A DNA stretch of 64,000 nucleotides from Botryllus schlosseri (lineage: Eukaryota). Positions within the stretch are counted from its first letter, which is position 1. Each line of letters begins with the position of its first letter. The notes beneath the pieces were generated by a model that saw only the letters and a list, made by a program, of their open reading frames with translations, ran no database searches and was not told where the DNA came from. The stretch lies in the NCBI GenBank assembly GCA_051294905.1, contig CM119372.1, positions 6,450,001-6,514,000 on the forward strand, written 5' to 3'. Position numbers and translations under genes: made by a program. Positions 15,801 through 27,800 of the stretch are shown here, piece after piece.

Positions 15801-18800
15801 GATTTCGCTTCTACATGTTGGCGCTCTTTGAACCATTCTAACTATTTGATTACATAGCCAGTAAAATTTGGATAAAAATGTTATATTTGAACAATCCTAA
15901 TCTCCATGTTATGCCACCGTGTGCGGAATTCGAAATTGGGAGTGCATGCAATTTTAGATCCCTGGTACCCGCCCACCGCCCACGATATCGAGCTGTTGAC
16001 AAGCAATTCATTACTAGGCCTCGGATGTATTTCAGAGACACCGAAATTTTATGAAGTGGACTGTCTCATGCATAACATGGAAAGGATATACTGCCGCTAC
16101 AGTGTTTTCCATCTGGGTACTTCCAAACATCTCACGTGTCCCAGCAAATTCGACTTCAAGTGGAGATTCATCGGAAAGTTAGCATATTACATACTGTGTT
16201 GACATTCGTGTGTTATTACGCATTAACAAAGAACTGGTCGAACGGAATTCATCTTCTACAATAATTTCATTGGGTTTTCTTGTACTGAATCGTCGTGATA
16301 TCGCTGCTGGCATTTTGACACGTCAACGTTGTCTATCGAGTCAGATGGTACTTTGCATCCACCTAGGGCAGTTCGTTGAAATGTAAAATCCTAATCGGAA
16401 ATGCACCTGCGTACCTATTGTGATGTATAATGAAGACGACTGTAGTGTAGTCACAATGTCGAACATTCGTAGGGGGCACTCATAGCCCACCCACCCGGAT
16501 ATTCCCCTTAACTCAGGCATATATTTTACAGGGATCTCTCCGGCCGTGACAAGCAAGACGCCTCTACTTGTCACGCTTCGTCCGAAATTGACGTAGCCGC
16601 TGTCATAGACAGCATCATGTACGCTGGGAAAGTCGAGATATCGGTGTCGACGTCCAACGTATTCGGCGTATCCACTTCCAACCTCACTTTCAACCCTCTA
16701 CACAAAAGTAAACTTCTAATTCACTGCCAAACAAGGCTGTTTTCAAAGTAGTATTTTTCGTTGGCAACAGTACACCCCTCCGCGCCTTTGTTGAGCATCG
16801 CATCGACAGTGCCGGACAGGCGCGGGGCCGTCGTTACCATGGAGGCCACTTTTCCGGATATCCGCAGCCAGAGTCTCACCAAGCTCTTGCGGTACTGCGA
16901 CAACTGTAGTTTGAAGGCGAGTAGCGCGTGGCGTGTAATTTGCATTGGGTTCAGACTTGTACAAACTACTATCTAGTTAGTTGGTGGTCACCTCTAACTA
17001 GTGTTTTTTTCTAGTTCTAATATTGGCGAGATAGCATAGTGCAGTGGTCGGGAACCTATGGCTCGCGAGCCATATATGGCTCTTTTCCAAATATTTATTT
17101 TTGTACTGAATTGATCAATATTGTAGCGACTGGTAAATTTTCATCACTGCCAAAATAATTATTTTCGTGGCAATATAAACATGTCTTTGAGAGGTAAAGA
17201 TAATGTCGTCTTCAGGTTTAGGGGCTCGGACGCCCCCTTCAAAATCATCATATTTAAGTTACTGTCACGCCAGCGGCCAGTATCACTCGTGAATTGTAAG
17301 CGCCATTATTGTTTGTGTTATACTGGAGTGGAACTTCGGCCCCTGTTAATTGGCAGGCTAATGATTAGTTTTCTGATTGCGATTGCGCCGTTCATTTAGT
17401 TGCCATATATAACGGCTACTCGTGCTGTTATAGGATGTCTCTTCGGTAATAAACGTTTATCGTGTGTAGACAAGACATCGTTTCGTGGTGCAACAGAGAG
17501 TACAGGCTCTTTATCCGTGGTGGCAGCGATGGGATTCGTACCCACGCCATCGAAATGACTGGTGACTCAAACCTCCTGGCGATGTATCCGAATCGAAATC
17601 TTGAATTGTGCGATACGTTGAATCAAAGAGCATTATGTTCCTGATCTATACGGCGCGAAATGAACTGTTGTGGATGTGACATTCACAATTACAAACTCGA
17701 ATTACAAACAACGCCATAGCTATCCACGTTGCACGTTCTGTGTAGTACCGGTGATAAAATGTAAGCTTGTAGCCCAACGTCATGTTACCACCGAATACTT
17801 TGAGAATTGAGAAGTCGATAAGCATTTAGATTTTCGGAATCAGTATGACAGTCACATTCGATTAATACCAGTTATAAAATAAATCCTAAGCTACTTACGA
17901 TGAATTGCCTTATCATTGGTGAGGCTTGGCCCGTATGCGTCTTACCTCTCGTTTCGAGCTTTATATTTGAACAATAAGTACCAGCTTTTACAGAGAAAAT
18001 GTGGCGCACACGAGGAATCCAATGTAGTGAGTTCGAATGAGTGTCACCATGACGTCACGTATTTTCAATTGTGACGTAACACTTGTTCGGCATGTATGGC
18101 TCTTTTGGAGTTGAGACGGAAAAAATATGGCCAATATGGCTCTTCGGACAAAAAAGGTTCCCGACCACTGGCATAGTGCGATAGTGGCATGATCCACAGC
18201 TGCAACACAACAGGTTGCGGGTTCGAGTCCGACCGAGGTCGACTCCGAAGTTCCTTGCAAAGCGGCTCCCCCGCACCACGTGATCTGCGTAAGCGGTGTC
18301 TTGCAAAAGCCTATACAAGTGGAGCATGCTACAAGTCGACAGCTACGAGATCACAATAAAGAATATTGGTCTGGTGTAAATGATCATTGCAGTAAATTCA
18401 GCACCATGAATGCCACAATCAACAAGTTCTAGTTCTAGTTGAGGATTTTAAAAATTGATTAGTTATAGTTCTAGTTGCGCATTTTAAAAAACATTTCGTT
18501 GCTCAACAACTATGGAAATCACGTGTCGGCATTAGGCGTAAATCGTGACAGCGATTTGTTGTTGTTCTAAAAGTCATTGCTCGCTCAGAACCATCACTAC
18601 CATGTAACATACTTGTAATTCAGTATAAATTTACGGCGCTATCACACCTTATATTTCAGTAGCTTCGCCAAGTACTTTTTTCACGTCTGACGATGTCATT
18701 CCCTTGCTCAAAAAGGTACCAGAGTTGATGTTCTAATCACGCATACATATACTGCCTTTATCTAAAGGCGTTTCTTCTGATGAGACGCATTTGGCGTACA

Positions 18801-21800
18801 GAGCCGCGTACTCGGTCATGCATGTACTTTTGTACTGGATACTGCATAGTATCGTCATTATGTCGTCTGAGAAGGTTGTTAGAACGATTGAGAATAAAGC
18901 CGTTCGATGTTGGTCGATTTGCGGGGACTTCAAACCCTCTCTGTAGGTAACACCGATTCCGGGGTGTACTGTTTAACTTCCTCGCTTCCTCCTGCGTTAT
19001 GCGATACGCCTTCAAAGCGCATACGAGCGCGAGTGGAAATATAAAATATTTGCGATTCGGTATTACTTACAGCATCTTTCGATTTTTCAGTATCGCTTCA
19101 ACAAGCTGGAGAATAGCACCGACGACGTTTCTCGACTCAAGCTTCCGACAACGGCTGTAAGCATCATGTATTTCTGTGAAACAGTGATCGTCTTGTAGTT
19201 TTTTCACGGATAGCTATATCATATAGTGTTAGGGAATCAGAAATTGTTTTTGATTGAGGAACTGGAAGTATTTGCTTATTTGTCAATGCGGGAATGGTAC
19301 GTATTTTTGCACTCATCGACTCAGTATTACTGTTTTGACGTAATATTGAGAAGAACTCGAGCACTGGACTTGACTCGAAGCTTAATATACTCGATTGGGA
19401 ATCTAATTAACTCCAATTTGATCCATGAGGATCGCGCATTTTAAAGGTTCTAGTGAAGTATTCGATTCAAGTTTCCCTCATTATTACGTCATAACGGCGT
19501 GAACGATGTGGAAAGTTGGAATGTGTACCTTTTATGCAACCACAAGGAATAAAGTACCAGTTCTACATCGTATTACAGATATTTTGGGTTATTTTAGACC
19601 ATGTCTATTTCGTTGCACTTTGTGACAATGCTGTGAGATCATTAAGAGAGAGTTATGTCGTTTCCACTAACGTGGATAGCTTTGTACAGTGTGTTTCGTA
19701 TGTTGCGACACGGCCAATAGAGGTTCCATGGCTTCTACAGTGGGAAATGCTATCGAAACTATACAATTCGCTGATACATTACCTCAGTACTCGAGACAAT
19801 CATATTCCATTGCGTTTTGTAGTTACTCGGCTCACGCTGTTTCCGTTTCTTCTTCAGGATTTTTTGGACACATGGATTCGCGGCCGGAATACGACCCACT
19901 ACTGGAAAGAGCGCTTGATGAAAGACGTCCATTATGTGACACACAGCTGCACATTGCCGAAAGAACATATGGGCGGAAAAGAACCAGACCCGGTCAAGGT
20001 TGGCTTGTTGGACTTGTTTTAATGGACAATACGTGCGCCTACCACGGCATTTACCCAATGGATCATTTTTTCGCGATGATCGACCCGATCTGGCTGGCCC
20101 CTGACTTCGCCGATGCGTCGGAAGTGATGCTTAAGTCATCAACAACCCAAATTTCGCGGTCAAGCTAATCAAATTTTTGGTTGGCCTTGCAAATTCACAA
20201 TAAATTGCATACTTTGTTGCTCCGATAGCAGACGATATCTATAAACGTAGGTGTTTTTGTTTTTGTTGTTTCTGGTATTCATGGTGTTTGTCGACTGCTA
20301 TGGTCATGGTCGTTTACACCAGGCCGATATTCTTTATCTTTGATTCCGTATCTGCCGACTTGCAGCATGGCCAACTTCTAGGCTGTTGTAAGACATCCCT
20401 TACGTGGAATATAAACGCAATAAATTACATGGAATATTGATTATTTATTATTACAGCTAATTTCGGGAATTATGTCGCGGGCCCGTCAAAATCTCGCGGG
20501 CGACGGGTTGGCTGCCCCTGTCCTAAGACATTTGTTCACTATTTCTCGTCATTATTATTTTTGGCCTTTATATAAACGTTTAGACGGCGAGGCTCCTTTC
20601 TCAAGTGATATAGAACTTCTGAGACGTGATTAATTATTTTTTCTTTAAAAGATTGCTTGAACATGAAACTGTGTCGAAATTTTCTGCGGTCTTTGGGGGT
20701 TGGGGGGGGATGGCATTTTCAACGAAAGTCATAGATGGCAGCACATTCTACTACGCTACTGAACCGGGGCTTAACCCTCCATACAAAATCTTATTACTAT
20801 ATCAAGAGTTGGAAAACTACGCCATTTTTTTGTTGTTAAATAAACAACAACAACATCAATTCAGAGTTCATGAGAATGGAAAATCACCGTACACCAAGCT
20901 TGGCTCGTTCGCACCGAATACACTATACAATTCTCCTGTAGTATTTTCAGAAAAACCACAAATTAGATTAATATTAAAATCATATTATAGTAGCAGTTCT
21001 CAAATTAGCTTAGAACTAGATTGCTGGAATTTCGATCTAATTGCCGAATTAGACAACTATACAATTTTCTAGTTGTCCGAGTCTCGCTATTGGTGGAATA
21101 ACAGACAGACCCAACAAGGCCGATAGTTAGAGGTCACTGCTCCCTCATCATCGGCCATATCAGGTGACATGTCCTACATTTTGATACGGTAAGGGGGGGG
21201 GCATAGTGCCTGTGATGTCACACTGAACACTTGACGTAATTTTGTTGCTACTGCTTCTTTTTAGCGTAAAATACCTAAAAATCCTAGTCTTCAACTTCTC
21301 CCTGTTGAAAGTAATAATATATCTGAGTTTCCATTAGGTCAATTGATATATTTCACATGTGGGGCCTACGATATCTCAGTTACTTTATCGACCTTGGTCA
21401 TTGTAGGACCCCGGCTCATGCCTAATTAATATAATAATCTGATATGCATTATATTATAATACATGCAACTCAATTTTTAGTTTCCGATAGGATCGCTAGC
21501 TGCGAATACGCGATATCTGGTTGAAGTGATATGGAAAACGAAATCCTTCATGTGCAACGGCAGTTGGTCCGTTCCGAGCTATCACGAAATCGTAATCGAA
21601 AACTTGGCACCGCCCGCGTTTCGTGATTCTTCCCTTATATTCCTGGCAGGTATGGCATGGTCATGTCTATCGTACGTTTCTACTGATATAGTGACTGTCA
21701 TTGTGTGTTCGCGCCTTTTTACAGACGATTCGCCGGTTCCCGGGAACTTTTTTGATGCGAATCTGACGGAGGGCGCATCTCTACTGGTGTGGAACAATGT

Positions 21801-24800
21801 GAGTATCTCCGTTACGTGCTGATTGACTTATCGAGGGCGTGCTCGAAATCAGAATTGGACAACTGTAAATGACTAATTAGAGCTAAATTACGGTAATTTA
21901 ATTCTATCACGTGGAAAATATATGCTCCTAATTTTAATTCTAATTTGATTTCTGGTTTTCCTGGAATTTCTACAGAATATCTGACTAGTGCGGAGCGAGC
22001 CAAGCTTGGTGTACATACATTTGTAGCTGTCATGCTTATGAGCATAAACTCTGATTTGATACGAGCTGTTGGATCTGATGTTTTTTGCATTTCTTACTAG
22101 TCCGGAATTCAATTCAATTTTCAAGGTCCTTTCCAAATTTGATTAGAATTAGAATTATAGCTACACAGCATTGTTCCAACTTAGATTGGAATTAGAATTA
22201 CAGAACTCGCGAAAACTTGTTCAGTTCGTATCAAATCGGGCAAATGTTGGTACAGCAAAGTTAGCTCGCTTTTCATTGCCCAGTTCTCATCCTCATGCAG
22301 GATTTAAATTAGCATTATCATCAGATCTTATAGAAACATTTCACAGACTAAATTAGGATATGAGCAAAGAAACATCTCACTTATTAGATTACCAAGATTT
22401 CGCTATAATTAGGCAACTATAATTGTCTAGAATTATCCAGTTGGCAAAGTCTGCTTGCGGCATCAACTAATAGGTTATAATGTGAGTGTCATTTCAGATC
22501 GATATGTCGAATCCAGAGATTCAAGAACGCAACAACGTCCAATACAGCCTCGCGTCTTCAGATGGCAGGTTTGTAGTAATTGTGTACCGCTGACTGATGT
22601 GTGTAGCTAGCTACAATAACTATGTCAATATATAGTGAATATGCGACTTCCCCGGTGGTACTTGTGGTATAAGCTTTGGGCATACTGTCGGGACGCCAAC
22701 AATGACGTAGCACTAATGCGTCGTGTGTGAAACGAACTGATGTTTCGTGATAATCCCCCAAGACCTTGCCCGATCATGTAAGGTTTGATATGTTCCTTTC
22801 AAGCGATCGCGAAGAAAATAATATCAGTTACACTAATCAAAATATACCTTTTTAATGATGTTGATCATAAACTTTACATAGCGCTCCGTGATAATTCTTT
22901 GGATCGATGCCCGTAATTTTCGCCTTGTCACAAAAACAAAAACTACCACATTCACGTATAATACATTACCATATAATACTGGTGAAGAAAAGGAACTGTG
23001 CATCAACAACAGTGTTCAAACGACAAAACCATTTAAACACGATTTTCACGCAAAACGTAATACCGTCTAATCCAGGAATGGCCAACCTGCGGTCGTAAAG
23101 GGAAATTTGTGCGGCCGTGGACACGTAATTCAATTAGTATGTGTTGGCGGCCGTTGACATGCAATTTGAATTTAACGAATTGACTTCCGATTTCTTGAAA
23201 GATTTTAATTAATCTTCACGCTGCGCGCGATTCAATGTGACTTTATTTTTCAATTTTAATATAGTAGCTCCCGTTGCAATCAGAGCCCCACAATACAGAT
23301 GCGAACAGCAGAGGAAAATGATGCGCCTCGGAATCGTGTGTTCCTCACTATACCGACAATCCTCATTGGAGGTCAAGAAATAGCAACATGTACCAAAGTA
23401 ACTAATAACAATTGGCTCACCCGAAGATGCATCATAATTTATAACTTGCCCTAAATTTTCGAAAATACCCGCTGCATCAACTCTATACCGGTGAATCTGA
23501 TCGCTGAGAAAAGGTAAATGTTTGATAGTAATATGTAAAACTACTAATATTAGCGAAGGAATTCATTAGGGAATCTGATAATTTTTCGCGCTTCGCGCGA
23601 CTATAAACACCCCCTTAACATTTCCAGTGACCACTGGAGATTTCGGTGCGTATAGTAAGACTGTATCATTAAATGGATTAGTCCGGAGTTCACCGGAACT
23701 GGACATAGAGACTTTAACGTGAGTATTTGGCGTCCAGCTCGTTCATCACGACTATACCCAGGAATGCGGCCGTAGGCTACATGAGTAGTCGAAATGCGGC
23801 CGTGAATGGCAAAAAGGTTGGCCACCCCTGGCCTAATCATATCATTCTTTCAATTCCACGCCTTTGTTTACTATGTGAATACGCCGCGGCGCGAGTTTGA
23901 TCTTGCAGCAATTTGTAGCGATCCGTTTTTTTTTCAGTTTCGTCCGCAATGCAACTTGGGATTTTGGGGACAACAATTTGCTGGTGCTGCCAAATCGCGG
24001 GTCTTCCGGTACCGTAAAAGCCATCGGTAGCAACGAGGTGGAAACGGTTAGCACCGTGGCATTCCGTAAAGCGAAAATCGGTAAGCGAAAACATATCTTT
24101 GCAGTTGATTGAACTGTAATGTTTTGTCGGTGTCGGTTGGCTTGTGTATTGTTGGATAATCCGTCATGGACTTGCCCGTTCTTTGTTCTACGCGTGAGTC
24201 ACGTGCCAGAAACGAACAGGTTTCGATTAGAACTCGGACAGATCGTATTTGATGTAGGGCAGCGGTTCTTGGTCTTCTGACCTGACGAACCCTTACGCTA
24301 ATCTGCGAGCATTCGGCGAACCACAGATTTTCGCCGAGTCACAAAATCAAAAATATACCGCAATACGTATTTATAGTACAGTACTATAGAATGCTGGTGC
24401 ATAAAATGAACAATAATGTTGAAGAAAAACAACATTAAAACATGATAATGATACAAACAAAAATATTATAATGAATATCGACAGAAAATAAGAGCGACTT
24501 CTGCAGTGTGAGTCTAGCTCTAAACTAGACATTCGCCGAACCCCTGTGACTGTTTTATTGGACCCTTGGGTTCGCATTGTCCAGGGGTCAACTACTCAAA
24601 ACGGTTCGCGGTCCTCATGCATTCAATATCGATATAAAGTAGGCCACATAGTTTAACAACCAATTTTTGAAAACTTTGCGTCAGTGCAATGCTGTGCTCT
24701 CTAACACGGCGGGCATGCGTAGTTATGACAATAGAGCATATATTTTATTACAGAAATGCAATTACACCAAAAAATAATGTTCATCACTTTCATTCTATTT

Positions 24801-27800
24801 TGAACTATGAGCTACGCAAGATACCTGACAACGCTTTTCAGCGACTAAAGAATCGATATTGGGGTTAGTGACACACGTTATTTGCTGGAAAACGATATTC
24901 CCGAAAAGCTCGATCTTGTGGGGAAGCCTCAAGCCGTCTCGGTCCTTGCAGTGTCTGGGTCATTGCCCAATCATATCGGCTAATTCTTCCTCCATGGAAT
25001 GCTATTGCCATCGCCGAAGCCGTATCAGCTAGCGAGGAATAGTGCTGTTGGCCACATAAGAAGAGCTTATTTTGAAACACAACTATATTTTTTAACTAAA
25101 ATCACTTTCAGCATTCCAAAATGCTTTACTAAGCGTTCTTACAAATTCTCAAACCAGGCAGCGGGTCACATGCTGGTGACCTCTGGTTTAGGGATAGGTT
25201 GGTGTTAGGGGTTAGGTCAACTTTAAAGTTAGAGGGTATAGTAGGGGGATGTTTGAGTAAGAAATAGGGGACAACAACTGGCAGATTCACTGGTAACGAG
25301 TTGAGTACCAACGTTACCTACTTTCACCGACTCTGGATATCAAATACTCCGCATTTAACTTGCAGGCCCGCGCGACTGCGTGGCGACAGTGGTTTCCATC
25401 TCGTCCCAACCATCCCTCGACTCTTATCTCACGTTCAAAGTGGAATGGGTGTACGCCAAATCTTCTTATCCGCATGATTGTGAAGTGTCGTCCTTGGAAG
25501 TGAGTAAAATCGACGGCTGTTCCCGACACCTTTTCACTCCCTCCCGGTTTTTATCTAGCAGGACAACATCAAAGTTCATTTCTTCACCTGGTCGGAAAGC
25601 TGCGAGACTTGTGTAGACAGGAGTAATCGGTAAGCATAAGCAATAAGCATGGTATCGCGATTCGTTGATGCAACCGGATTTATAAAAACCACTAAATTTA
25701 CTACACGCGCAATTAGTACTAGAACTGCTGGCCTTTCAAAACTCGCCATTTAATAGAACAGCAGTCATGATGGATGAATGATGATACACCCCTGATATAC
25801 AAAGTTCTTTTGAATTCTCTACTACTTGCTGACGATTACCCTTGACGAGTGTCAGCCGAAAATATCTTAATGTGTATTAAGATATGAATATATCAGTCAA
25901 TTGTAGAACTAGACCAACTCATTTTTCAAAAGTAGCAACTAGAACTAGAACGACTTTTAAAAATCCGCAACGAACTGACTAAAACACAGCTGTGTAGATT
26001 CCATTGCGAAGCAACTCATCGGAATCGGATCGGCTTTCCGCATGAAAGACAGTACAAGTGTGAAATGGGATGGGAGTCGATCCCCAAAACCCATCCGCTG
26101 GCTGCGCCACTGTTAGTATTGATGATTCTGAGAGGGCAATTGCTGCAAGAACAGCACACGACAGAACACCGGTATCACGATCAGACATGGGGTAATCGCG
26201 ATTAGTAATCGTAATCGATTACGACGATTACAGCATTTTCAAGTAATCGTAATCGCAATCAATTACATTCGAAAAAATCCCGAAGTAATCGTAATCGTAA
26301 TCGACTACTTCCCATATTTAATCGATTTATTTGTGAAAGAACGATTACTTTATATTTGTGCAAGGACTTTGACATAAACTGAACACTCGTGAAAAAGGAA
26401 GAGATATTATACTAGTTATTGAGAGCGCAAACGTCTGATTTTCAAATGCCACTGCTCATTATTACGTCATATGTAGTCTATGATCTTTGCTCGTCTTTAC
26501 GTAAGAAGTGTCCACGCATAGTAAATATAGATATTCGCTGTACATTAGTGTGATTGTAAGAAAACCCACCGTGCTGCATATCGGGTTATCAATACATTTC
26601 AGACAGCACTACCTCGCAACAGGATAAGTCATCACCTCTGTGCCTAAGTTAAAATGGCAACTTTTGTATTGATGTTTGGTTCTTCTTAGTTAAAGTATAG
26701 AATCTAATACTTCTAATTCTATAGGTAAATGCAGTTTCACCGTTGCTGGTTGGCGAGCAGTAGGCCTATATGGTACGAACGTACACCAGACAAAGGTTTG
26801 AAATTTTGTACTCGTCAAATAAAACATTACGGTTTCCATAACGAAGCATTAAAATCAACAGCGGCTGATATATATCATAACTGAGCCGTTGTTTTGCCGT
26901 TTTCGTAATGGCAGCTTGCATTACATTATCTGCATTAAGTTGAAGGCAGAATTTTATGTTCCCTTTGTCGTATTCTCATATTATTCTACTCAAAACGGGC
27001 GCCAATCGCTATTTCACAATTCTTTACTGAACATTTGGACCTGCCGCCATAGCCATCGGCTTATATAGCATGTTAGCGTGACTTGTAGCAAAAATCAGGT
27101 TCGAAACAGCAAAAGTTTACCCCACCCAAACATCGGTCTTGGGCCCCCATAGAGTAGTCAATTTTGAAGTTGAAGATTTAATTTAATCAATAATATTGCT
27201 AATTGCATTATATTGCGTTTTTAATCCTATCTTAGCGTCCGGTGGCCAGATTTAGTTGAAGAGTAGGGGCGCGTAATTCATAATTCTAGAATCTGGTCTA
27301 TCTTGCAATAATTGCTTTATTGTATGTTGTTAATTCGTGACCTCCGGTCTGTTATATAACCAAAAGATATTGATTGTAGTGGCCCAAACATAGCAGACTA
27401 AAAGAAAAACTTGCGTGAAACGCACACAAAAAATTGTCGTGTCTAATGCCCTATGGGTGCCCGGGTGCAATTTGCATCGTTGGCTCAGATTGAAAGGAAT
27501 GGACTGTTAGTCACGCCCACCCAGCGCGGCTATTGACAATGGACACATACCATAAGTTTCGGCCAATGTATTTCTTTAGTAGCGCACTTCGTGGAGTCTC
27601 ATGTTGGCCGAAACTGCATGTCTTTTGATGTGTCGAGGAGCGGTATTGACTGGCACCTAAATGCCTATTACTATGAATTATACATGCTTTATTTCTTGAG
27701 GGGAAGACGTATGCATTTCGAAATCAAGTTATCCAGAGACATTTAAATCGCAAAGCTAAAAGATAATTTCCAAGTTGATGACATCTATCGAAAATGCTCT

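Larger units (their letters stand above)
17042..18170. mobile_element. Non-autonomous hAT element inserted into a SINE head
   Basis: TIR CAGTGGTCGGGAACC / GGTTCCCGACCACTG, perfect 8-bp TSD GCATAGTG (17034-17041, 18171-18178). Confidence 0.92.
17024..18424 (+). mobile_element. tRNA-derived SINE split by the hAT insertion (17024-17041 and 18171-18424)
   Basis: Head TGGCGAGATAGCATAGTG resumes after the TSD with CCACAGCTGCAACAC...GGTTCGAGTCCGACC, the family body and an ACAA tail. Confidence 0.85.

Noticed and set aside
18660..18950. Candidate extra receptor exons (18660-18715 and ~18768-18946)
   Set aside because: Their phases do not fit between the phase-0 exons at 16916 and 19091 and the translations lack family features.
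25999..26171. Open phase-2 segment that could be an extra receptor exon
   Set aside because: Weak acceptor, no FN3 features, and exons 25629 and 33355 already join in phase.
26192..26310. GTAATC arrays as a CRISPR-like or satellite structure (also 28070-28220)
   Set aside because: No spacers. They are subterminal repeats of the 26182-28230 hAT element.
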